A stretch of 64,000 nt of DNA. It comes from Spirosoma soli (GTDB taxonomy: Bacteria > Bacteroidota > Bacteroidia > Cytophagales > Spirosomataceae). Numbering within the stretch: the first letter of the stretch is position 1; every line of letters begins with the position of its first letter. Below are positions 8,722 through 19,348 of this stretch, in pieces. Made by a program: the position numbers and the translations under genes. Location of the stretch: positions 985 through 64,984 of the forward strand of contig NZ_JBHULN010000028.1 of assembly GCF_042684525.1 (NCBI RefSeq). Direction: 5' to 3'. A model generated the notes under the pieces. That model searched no databases, was not told the DNA's origin, and saw only the letters and a list, made by a program, of their open reading frames with translations.

Positions 8722-9975
8722 TCAGTAGTTGATAGAAATTTCATGGGGTTTGGTTTCCAATGCTTTTGCCAGCCACCAAAATCCACCGGCCGTTACCAGG
8801 CTGATGGCTGTAATGACCAGCCAATGGGTTTGAAAACCAAATTGCTCAACCATGAAGGACCCGAATGCTGGCGCTGCTGTTTGAGCTAACGCTCCACCCA
8901 TGGCGTATAGGCCAAGGTACTGCCCACGCGTCGCCGGACTCGACCGGTCGACCGTAAAGGATTGAATGAACGGAATGGTCAGCATTTCGCTGATAGTTAC
9001 CAGAACAACATACACAAATGCAATGGCGATCTGGTTGCCCAGTCCTAACGAAAAGTAAGAAACAGCCGTTAGTAGGACGCCCCACGTAATGAGTCTGATT
9101 TTAGACCGTTTTTGTTGCTCCAGGCTGTGAACGAGCGCCATTTCAATAATAACGATAAGAATGCCATTCAGGGCCATCAATGCGCCGATCTGTTGCTCAT
9201 TCAAATGCACAACTTGCTTGAAGAACAATGGAACAATGCTGAAGAGCTGCATGAATACCATTAGATAGCAGGCAACGAAACACACAAAAACTAAGAATAA
9301 GACATCGCGATACGGTGATTTAACTACTTGAACTGTGTCTTGCTGCGCATCTTTTACCGCCGACGTAGCCTGATTATCCTCTACTCGATTCGGAGCGGGC
9401 AGCAGCGCCCCAAGCACTAGCCCAGCGGCAATACAGGTCAGACCATCGACCCAGAACAGCAGACTATAGTCGATACCCGCTAAAAAACCACCTAAACCGC
9501 CCCCCACAGCCCAGCCGAGGTTGATAGCCAGTCGGTTTAAGGAAAAGGCCCTCGTGCGGCTGTCGGCGTCGCTATAATGGGCAATGGCTGTCTGGTTGGC
9601 CGGTCGAAAGGCATCACCCAGTAGGGTAAAGATGAAAACGCTGGCGCAGAGCGCGTAAAAATGAGTCACGAATTGCAGGCCAAGTAAGAAGAAACCACTG
9701 AACAACAAGCTAAACAATTGCGTGTGGTAAAAGCCAAACCGATCCGTCAGGCGACCGCCGAGAAACGTTCCGACAAAGGCGCCAGAACCATAAACAGCCA
9801 TCACAATACCGGCGTCGGTTACGCTGTAATGCAGGTGCTGCGTTAAGTAGAGCGTCAGAAACGGCAACACCATGGTGCCACACCGGTTGATGAGCATAAC
9901 ACCCGCCAGCAACCAAACGGATGGTGAAAGGCCCTGATAGGCGCTACGATATAGGTGAAGCGTTTGTTGAATCAT
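8722..9975 (-). CDS. MFS transporter.
   Basis: 12 TM segments, typical MFS motif (GGRLTDRFG). 417 aa. Confidence 0.7.
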   Translation of the reverse strand: MIQQTLHLYRSAYQGLSPSVWLLAGVMLINRCGTMVLPFLTLYLTQHLHYSVTDAGIVMAVYGSGAFVGTFLGGRLTDRFGFYHTQLFSLLFSGFFLLGLQFVTHFYALCASVFIFTLLGDAFRPANQTAIAHYSDADSRTRAFSLNRLAINLGWAVGGGLGGFLAGIDYSLLFWVDGLTCIAAGLVLGALLPAPNRVEDNQATSAVKDAQQDTVQVVKSPYRDVLFLVFVCFVACYLMVFMQLFSIVPLFFKQVVHLNEQQIGALMALNGILIVIIEMALVHSLEQQKRSKIRLITWGVLLTAVSYFSLGLGNQIAIAFVYVVLVTISEMLTIPFIQSFTVDRSSPATRGQYLGLYAMGGALAQTAAPAFGSFMVEQFGFQTHWLVITAISLVTAGGFWWLAKALETKPHEISINY

Positions 9976-9993
9976 GCCTCAAAGTTAGGCACT

Positions 9994-10593
9994 TCAACGG
10001 GCTGCACTGGGGTCTTCGCCCGCATTCACGAAGATTTTCTTGTCAGTTATGAGCGAACGGTGTTCTTCCAGAAATGCCTTAAACAACCGAATTTCCTCTA
10101 ATTGCTTGTCGATGGGGTGCGTTAAGGCATAGCTTTCTACGTACACATCCTGGAAGTCAGTAATGACATATTCCATGAGCTTAATGCCTTTCCGCTTGAG
10201 GGCATGGAGATACAGGTTCTGGTGATTATGCACGTAACGCCCGGGCTGATACGAAGCCGTGGTTTTAAGGTCAACCGCTTTAAACTTGCCAATGAGGTCG
10301 ACATACCCGTAAAACAATACGTCGTCAATCTGCCACTGGCAATAAACCTGCGTATCGACGATGGGGCGGGGGAGGAGTTTACGGACGCGTTTTACAATAT
10401 CAGGATCAAAACGGGCTTCGTCGGTTCCTTTCACAATGGCTTCTTCGAACGAAATGCCGCGCTCCTGAGCCGCTGTAGTCGGTGTCGGCACCCGGTTGAT
10501 GGAGTCGATCAACTCCTGCGCGGAGAGATTACCTCCGCCTACGTAACGCGAAAAGACGTTCAGTAGCGATGGATAGAAGCGGTAGTTTATCAT
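9994..10593 (-). CDS. Hypothetical protein. Possible PD-(D/E)XK nuclease fold.
   Basis: Motif ...YGYVDLIGKFKAVDLKT... has the form D-x(9)-D-x-K, as in restriction-endonuclease-like nucleases. No other recognisable domain. Confidence 0.35.
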   Translation of the reverse strand: MINYRFYPSLLNVFSRYVGGGNLSAQELIDSINRVPTPTTAAQERGISFEEAIVKGTDEARFDPDIVKRVRKLLPRPIVDTQVYCQWQIDDVLFYGYVDLIGKFKAVDLKTTASYQPGRYVHNHQNLYLHALKRKGIKLMEYVITDFQDVYVESYALTHPIDKQLEEIRLFKAFLEEHRSLITDKKIFVNAGEDPSAAR

Positions 10594-10670
10594 CGGTTTA
10601 CGGTGTCAGTCTACGGTTTTGAGTAAGGTTATACCCATCGGGCCTAAACGAAGAACTGTAAATGAATCGC

Positions 10671-11132
10671 TTAGTTTTTTACGACTAATAGAACACCAAC
10701 CATAATCAGGGCAACGCCAAGCAGCCGCCAACCGTTGGCAGGATGCAGCGTAAAGCCCAGTAATCCGAAGTGGTCAAGGACAATAGCGGCCAACAATTGT
10801 CCGGCTACACTCAGGCTCACTAAGTTGGCCGTACCGATCTTAGGAACGCTGATGATAACGGTGGTTACGTATACAGCGCCAATAACGCCACCGGTCCATT
10901 TCCACCAACTTACCTGCCGAACCGTATCCAGCGTTGGGATGGCCGGACTCGACGTAAGCAGCACTAAAATCAATGCCAGAAATCCTGAGCCAAATGAGAT
11001 GGCTGCGGCCAATAAAGGGTTGTTCATAGCCTGCCGCAGGTTCGCATTTACGCCACCCTGAACCGTTACAGCCAGGCCGGTCAGAAACGCAAGGAAGATG
11101 TATAGATAATTCATGATGGCAAAGGTAGGCAC
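10671..11132 (-). CDS. DMT-superfamily small membrane transporter (DUF606/YdcZ-like).
   Basis: 153 aa, 4-5 TM helices. N-terminal FLTGLAVTVQGGVNANL is typical of the DUF606 family. Confidence 0.5.
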   Translation of the reverse strand: MPTFAIMNYLYIFLAFLTGLAVTVQGGVNANLRQAMNNPLLAAAISFGSGFLALILVLLTSSPAIPTLDTVRQVSWWKWTGGVIGAVYVTTVIISVPKIGTANLVSLSVAGQLLAAIVLDHFGLLGFTLHPANGWRLLGVALIMVGVLLVVKN

Positions 11133-11162
11133 ACGCGGGTCGTTGCCGTAGAAGTTTACTAT

Positions 11163-12398
11163 TTACCGACTGCTTAACAGCAAAAACATCTCGGCGGCCT
11201 GACTAGTATGCGGGAAGGCCAGTTTCTGTTTAGCCAGCCCTTTGTCTAATACGGTTAAACCGGGATAATGCGCATCGCTGGCTTTCTGCTCCCAGCTTAA
11301 GGGATAATCTACATTTCCGACAGTGCCGCGTCGCTGCGGCACATCGGCTCGGTCGTAGAAATGATCTTCAGCCCAAACAAAGTGGGGAGTGGTAGCGCTT
11401 ATGCTCTCGTCGAAATGCTTTCCGGAGACGTGCTGGTCTTTATATCCCCACCAAAACAGCGATGAATAGCTATCGTACTGGGTGGGAATGACGTACGGAT
11501 CGGGTAAGCCAAGCGATTTAAGTCCGTATTTAATCCATTTTGTCTGGAAAACGGGGTGTTCTGCATTATCGGTTTTGCCAATAATGTGGTCACCCTTCCG
11601 GAACTGTTTCAATGAATCAACGGCTGGGGCTACCGCCGGATGAGTTTTATCGGATACCAGAGAAATTAAAAACATGGTCTGGCCGGCATTGTCTGGCTCC
11701 ACAATGCTTGGATGAACGCGATTGAACGGACTACGAATAGCCATGATCCAGTCGCGAATGAGATGAAGATTATCTGTTTCGCGGATCACCATGGCCATTG
11801 AGGCTGCATTGCGAAGCTTTGGTTTCGTGTAGACGAGAAAGTTTGGGATCGGTCGGCCATTGACAATATTAACAAGGACTTCCTGGTGTAAAACGCGCAA
11901 CACAGGACCATAGGCTTTGTCGGAAAAGCGGGGCAAACTTACCCGACTACGTGTGCCGGGGATCAGTTTTGGGCGTTTGCTGGGTTGCAGCAGCCAGATA
12001 CCTGTTTCGTCTTCCCGAATTTGTAAGATCAGTCCGTCGGCAAGCGTTAAGTGTACTAAATATTCGGATGGTACAATGATCTCATGCTTTACGTCCCATT
12101 GCTCTTCAATGTTACCCGTTAACGCGTTCAACAGCCGCCCGCTACGATAAATAAGCTTTAACCGGTCGCCCATACCGAAGAGAAAAAACTTTAAATCAGG
12201 CAGATCGTGATGGTTATGATGCTCCTTCCGTAGCTGTGCCAAATTTTCACGATACGCTGACAAAGCCCCCTCGGGGTCCGAATGAAGCGCCGGAGGAACT
12301 GGTTTCTGAGCGTAAGCTGATACGCTTAACAAAACGAAAAACAAACCGCGGATGAACATGGAATTCGTTATGATGTCGAACGCGAACGAAGGCTGCAA
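11163..12398 (-). CDS. Secreted hypothetical protein. Probable start at the internal Met near 12359, giving signal peptide MFIRGLFFVLLSVSAYAQ.
   Basis: Signal peptide. No recognisable catalytic motif. Confidence 0.45.
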   Translation of the reverse strand: MQPSFAFDIITNSMFIRGLFFVLLSVSAYAQKPVPPALHSDPEGALSAYRENLAQLRKEHHNHHDLPDLKFFLFGMGDRLKLIYRSGRLLNALTGNIEEQWDVKHEIIVPSEYLVHLTLADGLILQIREDETGIWLLQPSKRPKLIPGTRSRVSLPRFSDKAYGPVLRVLHQEVLVNIVNGRPIPNFLVYTKPKLRNAASMAMVIRETDNLHLIRDWIMAIRSPFNRVHPSIVEPDNAGQTMFLISLVSDKTHPAVAPAVDSLKQFRKGDHIIGKTDNAEHPVFQTKWIKYGLKSLGLPDPYVIPTQYDSYSSLFWWGYKDQHVSGKHFDESISATTPHFVWAEDHFYDRADVPQRRGTVGNVDYPLSWEQKASDAHYPGLTVLDKGLAKQKLAFPHTSQAAEMFLLLSSR

Positions 12399-12452
12399 GT
12401 TACGCTTTGAGAGTAGCTCACCATAGACTACCAGCTTAACGTGGATAAAAAA

Positions 12453-12938
12453 TCAGGGAAGGGGTCTGGTTAGAGCTACCAAGGCTAAAACGCTGGCAGT
12501 TAACGTTAACAGGTTGCGAAGCAAATCCAGGTATAAGCGGGTCGTGGCAAATTGGGTAAATAGCTTTTCAACCTCCTCCAGCCTGCCCTCGCGAAGAATA
12601 GCATTTTGCGGAAAGAAATAAATGACCGTAATGGCCTGGGTGGCCCCGTACGCCAGCAAAGCGCCAAGCAATAGGTATCGACGCTCATAAGTCACGTCCC
12701 AAAAGACGGCCAGGGCGACGAGCGTTACCAGCACATAAAGCGGAGTAATAATCTTATAAAAATCGCCTGGGTTGCGGTAGGCCCAATACTTGCGAACGTA
12801 TTCGACACTGTTCGGAAAACCTTTAATCAGATTTACTTCGTTAACGATAATATCAAATAAGTTAGCACCCATGGCAATACTGCTCACGATTACAGACAGA
12901 GCCGTAGCAATCTGGCCAATGAGTTCGGGTGTAATCAT
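12453..12938 (-). CDS. DUF1772-like integral membrane protein (anthrone-oxygenase-like family).
   Basis: 161 aa with 4 TM helices. Weak family recall. Confidence 0.35.
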   Translation of the reverse strand: MITPELIGQIATALSVIVSSIAMGANLFDIIVNEVNLIKGFPNSVEYVRKYWAYRNPGDFYKIITPLYVLVTLVALAVFWDVTYERRYLLLGALLAYGATQAITVIYFFPQNAILREGRLEEVEKLFTQFATTRLYLDLLRNLLTLTASVLALVALTRPLP

Positions 12939-13075
12939 AGCTGCTTACTAATAGGCTGGAATTGGTTGAACGTTTAGTTGGCCCCTACCTGGTTGAGTCC
13001 ATTACAAATTTATTACGTTCATGCAGGCAAACAAGCGAAGCTGATAACCGCGTTCGTCTGCCTGCATGAAAATAA

Positions 13076-13115
13076 ACGAGGCTCACAAACAGAGAGTTGC
13101 GAGCCTCGTCGGTAG
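13076..13115 (-). terminator. Rho-independent terminator downstream of uxaB.
   Basis: cgaggctcgcaactctctgtttgtgagcctcg followed by tttatttt on the minus strand. A second hairpin lies at 13017-13071. Confidence 0.5.
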
Positions 13116-13138
13116 CGAGCGTGCTATATAGCAATGAC

Positions 13139-14644
13139 CTACGAAACCGCTTTTTCTACCACGCTAGCGGCACCGTCTGTTAGTAAGGCACTCAGTTGAG
13201 CGGTAACGGTGTCGGCAAAGCCTGGCAATGCGGTTAGGTTGGTTTGCCAAATAGATTGATTGGCTAGTACGCTTCCGACAAACGCCTGTAACGTAGCTGG
13301 ATTTTTAGGATCAACGCCTTGCCATGTTTCGTGGAAATAGCCTGCCTGCTCGTCGCGAATGGGATACGTGATGATGCCGCCATTGGCCGAAATTTCGCCT
13401 AAATACTGGCCCTCTTCCACCCGAACGCTTTTCATAAACAACAGATAAGCGGCAAACCCTAACGCCGTAAGGGGAGGGACTGCGTTGAACTGCTCATAAT
13501 AGCGTTGAATCGTTGCTACGTTCCGAGCCTGCATCTTGGCCGTTTCCTGTAGCGAAATGTTCAGCAACAGGTGATCGAGGTGGGGATTGCGGAAGCGGTC
13601 GAGCACGTCGTGAGCGAATTGAGCAACGGCGGCTTTGTCCATACCTGGAATACCATAATGGGGAACTGTAGGCACAATTTCGTTGAGCATTAGTAACTCA
13701 ACAAACCGACTCATGGCTGCATGTTGCATCTCATCGGCGACTGTCTCCAAACCAAGGAGGTATCCCAGAGGCATCGTCAGCGTATGAGTACCGTTGAGGA
13801 CACGAAGTTTGCGCTCCCGATAAAAATTAATGTCTTCGTCAATGATAATCTGGGGCGTTGAGGCATCGGCAAAGGTTAGTGTTTGCCGAACGCGGTCGTC
13901 GCCTTCAATGGCCCAGAGGTGGTAAGGTTCTGTAAATGTTAACAGGCCATCTTCGTAGCCCAGTTCAGTTTCCAGAGCCTGTTGAGCTTCGGCAGTTGGG
14001 CGGGTGACAATCCGATCGACGAGTGAGTTACAAAAGCGAACATGAAATTTGAGCCATTTTGTAAACAGTTTACCCAGCTCATTAAATTTTGCCAGCTTTT
14101 CAACGGCTTCGCGGAGCTTGAGGCCGTTATCCGTAACCAGCTCAGTCGGGATGACAACCAGGCCTTTCGCCTTCGAGCCTCCAACACTGCGGAATCGTTC
14201 GTATAAAAAAGCGGTCAGTTTAGCTGGAAATGACTGGGGCGGGTGCTGAAATATGCTTTCTTCTGTATAGTTCAGGCCAACTTCCGTAGTATTCGAAATA
14301 ATGATTTGCAGATTCGGATTGCGGGCAATCATCAACACCTCATTCCATTGTGTCTGAGCCGCTAACACCCGGCTAACAGCCGACACAAGGGTTGTTTCAG
14401 CTACGTCTTGGCCTTGCTGAACCCCACGAACGGCTACTGTATATAAGTTGTCCTGACTCGAAAATTCATCCGTTCGGCTATCGGTGGACTTTACAACGAC
14501 AATAGAGCCATTGAACTTTCCGGCTGCATTGGCTTTTTGCACCAGATAATCAGGTAAGCCGCGCAAAAGTACGCCCGTACCAAATTGCAGAATCTTTTCA
14601 GGAAATGTTGGGGCGGGATACGTCGAACGATTAAGTCGGGACAT
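13139..14644 (-). CDS. uxaB: Mannitol-dehydrogenase-family altronate oxidoreductase (tagaturonate reductase).
   Basis: N-terminal ILQFGTGVLLRG Rossmann motif of the mannitol DH family. About 500 aa. Sits in a hexuronate gene cluster. Confidence 0.6.
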   Translation of the reverse strand: MSRLNRSTYPAPTFPEKILQFGTGVLLRGLPDYLVQKANAAGKFNGSIVVVKSTDSRTDEFSSQDNLYTVAVRGVQQGQDVAETTLVSAVSRVLAAQTQWNEVLMIARNPNLQIIISNTTEVGLNYTEESIFQHPPQSFPAKLTAFLYERFRSVGGSKAKGLVVIPTELVTDNGLKLREAVEKLAKFNELGKLFTKWLKFHVRFCNSLVDRIVTRPTAEAQQALETELGYEDGLLTFTEPYHLWAIEGDDRVRQTLTFADASTPQIIIDEDINFYRERKLRVLNGTHTLTMPLGYLLGLETVADEMQHAAMSRFVELLMLNEIVPTVPHYGIPGMDKAAVAQFAHDVLDRFRNPHLDHLLLNISLQETAKMQARNVATIQRYYEQFNAVPPLTALGFAAYLLFMKSVRVEEGQYLGEISANGGIITYPIRDEQAGYFHETWQGVDPKNPATLQAFVGSVLANQSIWQTNLTALPGFADTVTAQLSALLTDGAASVVEKAVS

Positions 14645-14725
14645 GATAAGTAGAGAAGCAGTCTGCCGTGGTCAATGAGCAGCTCTGAGTTTATTACTTG
14701 AAAATTAGGTTTGTTACCCGATTGG

Positions 14726-15388
14726 TCATAATTCGGCAATAATACGAACTACATCGCTAACCGTGGCTTCGATCTTATCGAAAGCACGGTCGGCAAGCAC
14801 ATTTTTTGGAAAAAGTTGCGATCCCATGCCAACGGCCACTACGCCCGCCCCGAACCACTTCGATAGACTTTCCTTATTCGGTTCAACTCCCCCAGTAACC
14901 ATAGCGCTGACAAACGGTAAGGGGCCGCTCAGACTCTTGACGAAATTAGGACCGAGTACCTCACCCGGAAAGATCTTCACAATCTCGACACCCCACTCGT
15001 GAGCCGTCGTAATTTCGGTAAGGGTAGCGCAACCGGGCAGGTAAGCCACTTTCCGGCGGTTGCACACGCGGGCCACTTCCTCACTAAACGTTGGCCCAAC
15101 TATGAAGTCGGCACCGAGCTGAAGATAAAGCGCGGCCGTTGGGCCGTCTAGAATAGTACCGGCTCCTAAGGCCATATCCGGAAACTCACGGGCACATAAC
15201 CGGCTGAGGTCGGCGAAGCGCTCGTGGGCAAAGTCGCCCCGGTTTGTGAATTCAAACGCCCGAACACCGCCCCGGTAGCAGGCTTTCAAGACCTCAGCAC
15301 AGATTTCAGTGTCAGGATTGTAAAATACAGGCACCAGCGGTACTTGCCGGATGGTTTGATAGACGGATAGTCGGGCTGTTTTAGCCAT
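14726..15388 (-). CDS. eda: Bifunctional KDPG / 4-hydroxy-2-oxoglutarate aldolase.
   Basis: KDPG aldolase pattern (VPVFYNPD..., GADFIVGP, GCATLTEI). 220 aa. Confidence 0.8.
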   Translation of the reverse strand: MAKTARLSVYQTIRQVPLVPVFYNPDTEICAEVLKACYRGGVRAFEFTNRGDFAHERFADLSRLCAREFPDMALGAGTILDGPTAALYLQLGADFIVGPTFSEEVARVCNRRKVAYLPGCATLTEITTAHEWGVEIVKIFPGEVLGPNFVKSLSGPLPFVSAMVTGGVEPNKESLSKWFGAGVVAVGMGSQLFPKNVLADRAFDKIEATVSDVVRIIAEL

Positions 15389-15509
15389 CAGATAGTTGTT
15401 ATTGGGTCATTAGGTGGTCATTGTTTGTGAAGTGGTCATGTGCCAATCACTCAAAGAATGATTACCTAATGACGTGAATGGCCACTTAATGACTGCTAAT
15501 GACAATGAA

Positions 15510-16502
15510 TTATCGTTTCAATTTACCTGAGCTGTCACCACTCGCCAGGGTTTGTACTTCGGCGACCGTTGCCAGGTTAACATCGCCGGGTATGGTGTGC
15601 TTCAACGCCGAGGCTGCTGCGCCAAAATCAACGGCCTGCTGAAGATTGTCAAAGGTTAACAAGCCATAAATCAGTCCAGCGATGTAGGCATCACCCGTGC
15701 CAATGCGATCGACAATCGGCTGAATGTCATACACTCTTGATTTATGAACCGTTGTGCCGTCAAACAGCTTGGCCGAAAGTTGGTTGTGCGAGGCACTGAT
15801 TGAGTTTCGTTTGGTATCGGTGACGTACTTAACCTTTGGAAAGCGTTCCATCAGCGCCCGCCCCGATTCTTGAAACGTACTGCCTACAACGCCATATAGC
15901 TCCGAAAAGAGGGCTTTACTACCCAAAACGAGCGTACAGCCTTCAGTGAGGGCGGGCATGATTTCCTGGGGTGGACGTCCGTATTGCCAGAGGTTACTGC
16001 GGTAAACTATATCACCCGAGACCGGAACGCCCAGTTGATTCGCTGCCTGAATACCGGCCAATAGACAGTCGGCGGCTCCCTGCGAGAGGGCGGGCGTAAT
16101 ACCGGTCCAGTGGAACCAGCTGGCACCTTGCAGCACCGTTTCCCAATTAATGTCGTCGGGTTGGATGCGCGAAAAGGCCGAATTGACCCGGTCGTAAATA
16201 ATCTGGCTAGCGCGGCTTCCGGCACCTGTTTCCAGAAAATAAAGCCCTAGTCGTCCGTCGCCAAAGCGAATGTGTTGGGTGTCGACATTGTATCGGCGGA
16301 GATAACCAGCGGCTGCCCGACCGAGAGCGTGGTCTGGGAAGCGGGTAACATGGGCTGCTTGTAAACCAAGTTGAGTCAACGAAACGGCGACGTTGGCTTC
16401 CGTTCCCCCAAAATGCATAGTCAGCGTGTCAGTCTGAGCGAATCGCTCAACGCCCGGCGGACTTAGCCGTAGCATGACTTCGCCGAAGGTAATTATTTTC
16501 AT
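15510..16502 (-). CDS. kdgK: 2-dehydro-3-deoxygluconokinase (PfkB family). Start chosen at MKIITFGEVML; the longest ORF runs on to 16571.
   Basis: PfkB signatures (FGGTEANVA, GTGDAYIAGL). Homologous start MKIITFGE. Confidence 0.75.
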   Translation of the reverse strand: MKIITFGEVMLRLSPPGVERFAQTDTLTMHFGGTEANVAVSLTQLGLQAAHVTRFPDHALGRAAAGYLRRYNVDTQHIRFGDGRLGLYFLETGAGSRASQIIYDRVNSAFSRIQPDDINWETVLQGASWFHWTGITPALSQGAADCLLAGIQAANQLGVPVSGDIVYRSNLWQYGRPPQEIMPALTEGCTLVLGSKALFSELYGVVGSTFQESGRALMERFPKVKYVTDTKRNSISASHNQLSAKLFDGTTVHKSRVYDIQPIVDRIGTGDAYIAGLIYGLLTFDNLQQAVDFGAAASALKHTIPGDVNLATVAEVQTLASGDSSGKLKR

Positions 16503-16551
16503 ACGTAACAGTGGGTAATCGTCGATTGATGCATAGCAAGTGTACACTTGC

Positions 16552-17904
16552 TTATTTAGCACCAACGACAAATTCTTCCAGTAGCTCTTCTGTTTTAACG
16601 GGCTCTAATTTAGGTAAAACTAAATGAATGATGGCTAAGGCGATTAAATAGGCACAACTCGCTATGATAAACATGGGTAAATAACCGAAGGCCGTAATGA
16701 TACGTCCTGCCAAAAGTGCCAGTAAAATACCGCCAACCGCTCCAAACATGCCACCGATGCCAGTGACTGATGCCACAACGTTTTTAGGAAAGAGGTCGGA
16801 AGCAAATGTGTACATGTTTGCCGACCAACCTTGGTGAGCCGCAGTGGCCAGCGCAATCAGCGCAATGGCGACGGTAAGGCTACTTGTTTGGGCCGCGAAA
16901 AAAATCGGGACAACGCATAGGGCGCAAATAAGCATGGTTGTTTTGCGCGCGCGGTTCGCCGACCAGCCCCGGTTCATGAACTGCGTACTGAGCCAACCGA
17001 AAAATACACTACCGGCGTCGGATACGACATAGATGATCAGAAAGGGCATTCCAAAACTTTTGAGGTCAAGTTTCTGATCGAGGGCGTCGTTTGAGTTGAA
17101 AAAATCGGGTAACCACGACATGTAGAACCACCAGATCGGGTCAGCCATGAACTTACCGACGGCAAAGGCCCATGTTTGTTTATAGCCAAGCAACCGCCCC
17201 CATGAGACTTTTAACGGAGGGGCTTGCTCGTTATCACTCCGGATATAAGCTAGTTCATCGGCCGAAAGCTTCGGATTTCGCTCTGGTTTGCTATAGGTGA
17301 ACCACCATAAAGCCAGCAGGAGAAAGCCCAATAGGCCTGTTATGAAGAACGAACTACGCCAGCCGTATTGCAAGATCAGGTAGGGTATAACAAGGGCTGT
17401 CAGAATGATGCCGATGTTGGTACCTGCGTTGAAAAGGCCATTGGCAAACGAACGCTCGCGTCGGGGAAACCACTCGGCTATTGTTTTCACAGACGCCGGA
17501 AAATTAGCGGCTTCCCCTAATCCTAGTACCGCCCTGGCCCAGCGTAACCCCGCCATGCTATTGACAAAAGCGGTGAGCACTCCCGCAACACTCCACACGA
17601 TGATGCCCAGTGAAAAGCCGCGTTTGGTACCTATTTTGTCGATGAGCCAGCCAACCAGTAATAAGCCGATGGCGTAAGTAAACTTAAACGCAGCATCAAC
17701 GTCGCCGTAAAGCACCTTAAACCGGTCAGTCGCTTCTTTTGTGAGCACGGCATCAGGGGATACGTCCAGCATCTCTTTCCGAAATACCTCGTCGGTCATC
17801 GTGAACGACAATACCTGTCGGTCAATGTAGTTAATCGTTGTTGCCAGGAACAGCAGCGTAACGATGCGCCAACGAAAACGGCCAGTTGTGGTTGAATTTA
17901 CCAA
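16552..17904 (-). CDS. exuT: MFS hexuronate transporter (ExuT-like).
   Basis: N-terminal RWRIVTLLFLATTINYIDRQVLS is typical of ExuT/phthalate-permease MFS. 450 aa. Confidence 0.7.
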   Translation of the reverse strand: MVNSTTTGRFRWRIVTLLFLATTINYIDRQVLSFTMTDEVFRKEMLDVSPDAVLTKEATDRFKVLYGDVDAAFKFTYAIGLLLVGWLIDKIGTKRGFSLGIIVWSVAGVLTAFVNSMAGLRWARAVLGLGEAANFPASVKTIAEWFPRRERSFANGLFNAGTNIGIILTALVIPYLILQYGWRSSFFITGLLGFLLLALWWFTYSKPERNPKLSADELAYIRSDNEQAPPLKVSWGRLLGYKQTWAFAVGKFMADPIWWFYMSWLPDFFNSNDALDQKLDLKSFGMPFLIIYVVSDAGSVFFGWLSTQFMNRGWSANRARKTTMLICALCVVPIFFAAQTSSLTVAIALIALATAAHQGWSANMYTFASDLFPKNVVASVTGIGGMFGAVGGILLALLAGRIITAFGYLPMFIIASCAYLIALAIIHLVLPKLEPVKTEELLEEFVVGAK

Positions 17905-18056
17905 AACAAGTAGGAGCTTTTCAGGAGAAAAGCAGGGTAAAACGCTTTTTTACCTAAATACCTAGTAAAAACCCCAGATCATTGATCAGTTACGGACTGA
18001 TGAATCAGTACTAGTTTTGCATCAGTCCATGACTATCCCTACTCAATACGCACACT

Positions 18057-19274
18057 ATGCTTGAACAAACCTGGCGGTGGTTCGGACCGAACGACCCCGT
18101 ATCGCTTAACGACGTCCGACAAGCGGGCGCCACAGGAATCGTAACGGCCCTCCACCACATCCGTAACGGCGAAGTCTGGCCGGTTGATCAGATACAACAG
18201 CGGAAGGAGATCGTTGAAAACCAGCAGCTTACCTGGTCTGTTGTTGAGAGTATTCCGGTGCACGAAGGTATTAAAACACGTACTGGTAACTACCGGCAGT
18301 ACATTGAAAACTACAAGGAGTCTATCGCCAATCTGGCGCAGGTGGGTATCGACACGGTCTGTTATAATTTTATGCCCGTGCTGGACTGGACCCGGACGAA
18401 TCTGGATCATCCCATGCCCGACGGATCTACCGGCTTGCGATTCGATGCGACGGAATTTGCGGCTTTTGAGTTGTATATTCTTCAACGACCCGGTGCTGAG
18501 TATCTCTATAACGATGAGGGTAAACGCCGGGCGCGGGCATGCCTCGACAAAATGACCGACATAGACGTGAAGCGCCTGACACGAACAATCATTGCCGGTC
18601 TGCCCGGCTCCGAAGAAAGTTATACAGTCGAGCAGTTTCGTGATGCTTTGGATACGTATAAAGATATCAGCGATCATGATCTGCGCCAAAATTTATACAG
18701 CTTCCTACGTGAAATTGTACCGGTTGCTGAGACAGTAGGTGTTCGGCTGGCCATTCACCCCGACGATCCACCATACCCAATTCTGGGATTGCCGCGTGTG
18801 GTCAGTACCGAAGCTGATGCTCGTGCTTTGCTGGCCGCTGCCGAATCGCCCGCCAATGGGTTATGTTTTTGCACAGGATCTTATGGCGTTCGGCCTGATA
18901 ATGATCTGGTGGGTATGGCTGAGCGACTGGGTCCCAAAATTCACTTTATTCATCTGCGCAGTACCGAACGTGATGCTGACGACCAGTCGGTCCGAGACCA
19001 TTCAGTCCGAGGTAGTTTTCAGGAGGCTAATCACCTCGAAGGCGATGTACCAATGCCTGGCGTGATGCGAGCGTTACTGGCCGAACAAAAACGGCGGTCT
19101 AGCGAAGGCCGAACGGACCTACGAATGCCTTTTCGCCCCGATCATGGCCACCGGATGCTCGATGATTTGACGTCTGGTAAGCGCACGAACCCTGGCTACA
19201 CGGCCATTGGTCGATTGCGTGGGCTTGCTGAACTGCGTGGACTAATGTTAGGATTATCATTCAACCAGAATTGA
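18057..19274 (+). CDS. uxuA: Mannonate dehydratase.
   Basis: N-terminal [35 protein letters not shown] matches UxuA. About 400 aa. Confidence 0.85.
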   Translation: MLEQTWRWFGPNDPVSLNDVRQAGATGIVTALHHIRNGEVWPVDQIQQRKEIVENQQLTWSVVESIPVHEGIKTRTGNYRQYIENYKESIANLAQVGIDTVCYNFMPVLDWTRTNLDHPMPDGSTGLRFDATEFAAFELYILQRPGAEYLYNDEGKRRARACLDKMTDIDVKRLTRTIIAGLPGSEESYTVEQFRDALDTYKDISDHDLRQNLYSFLREIVPVAETVGVRLAIHPDDPPYPILGLPRVVSTEADARALLAAAESPANGLCFCTGSYGVRPDNDLVGMAERLGPKIHFIHLRSTERDADDQSVRDHSVRGSFQEANHLEGDVPMPGVMRALLAEQKRRSSEGRTDLRMPFRPDHGHRMLDDLTSGKRTNPGYTAIGRLRGLAELRGLMLGLSFNQN

Positions 19275-19348
19275 GTTACCTCATCAGCGCTAACATTTAG
19301 CATTGCTGACGGTTTCGGGGGAAGCAAGATTAGCCTTCCAGAAGATAC

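Noticed and set aside
18039-18689. 216-aa minus-strand ORF overlapping uxuA.
   Set aside because: Fully antisense to the clearly identifiable mannonate dehydratase. No domain.
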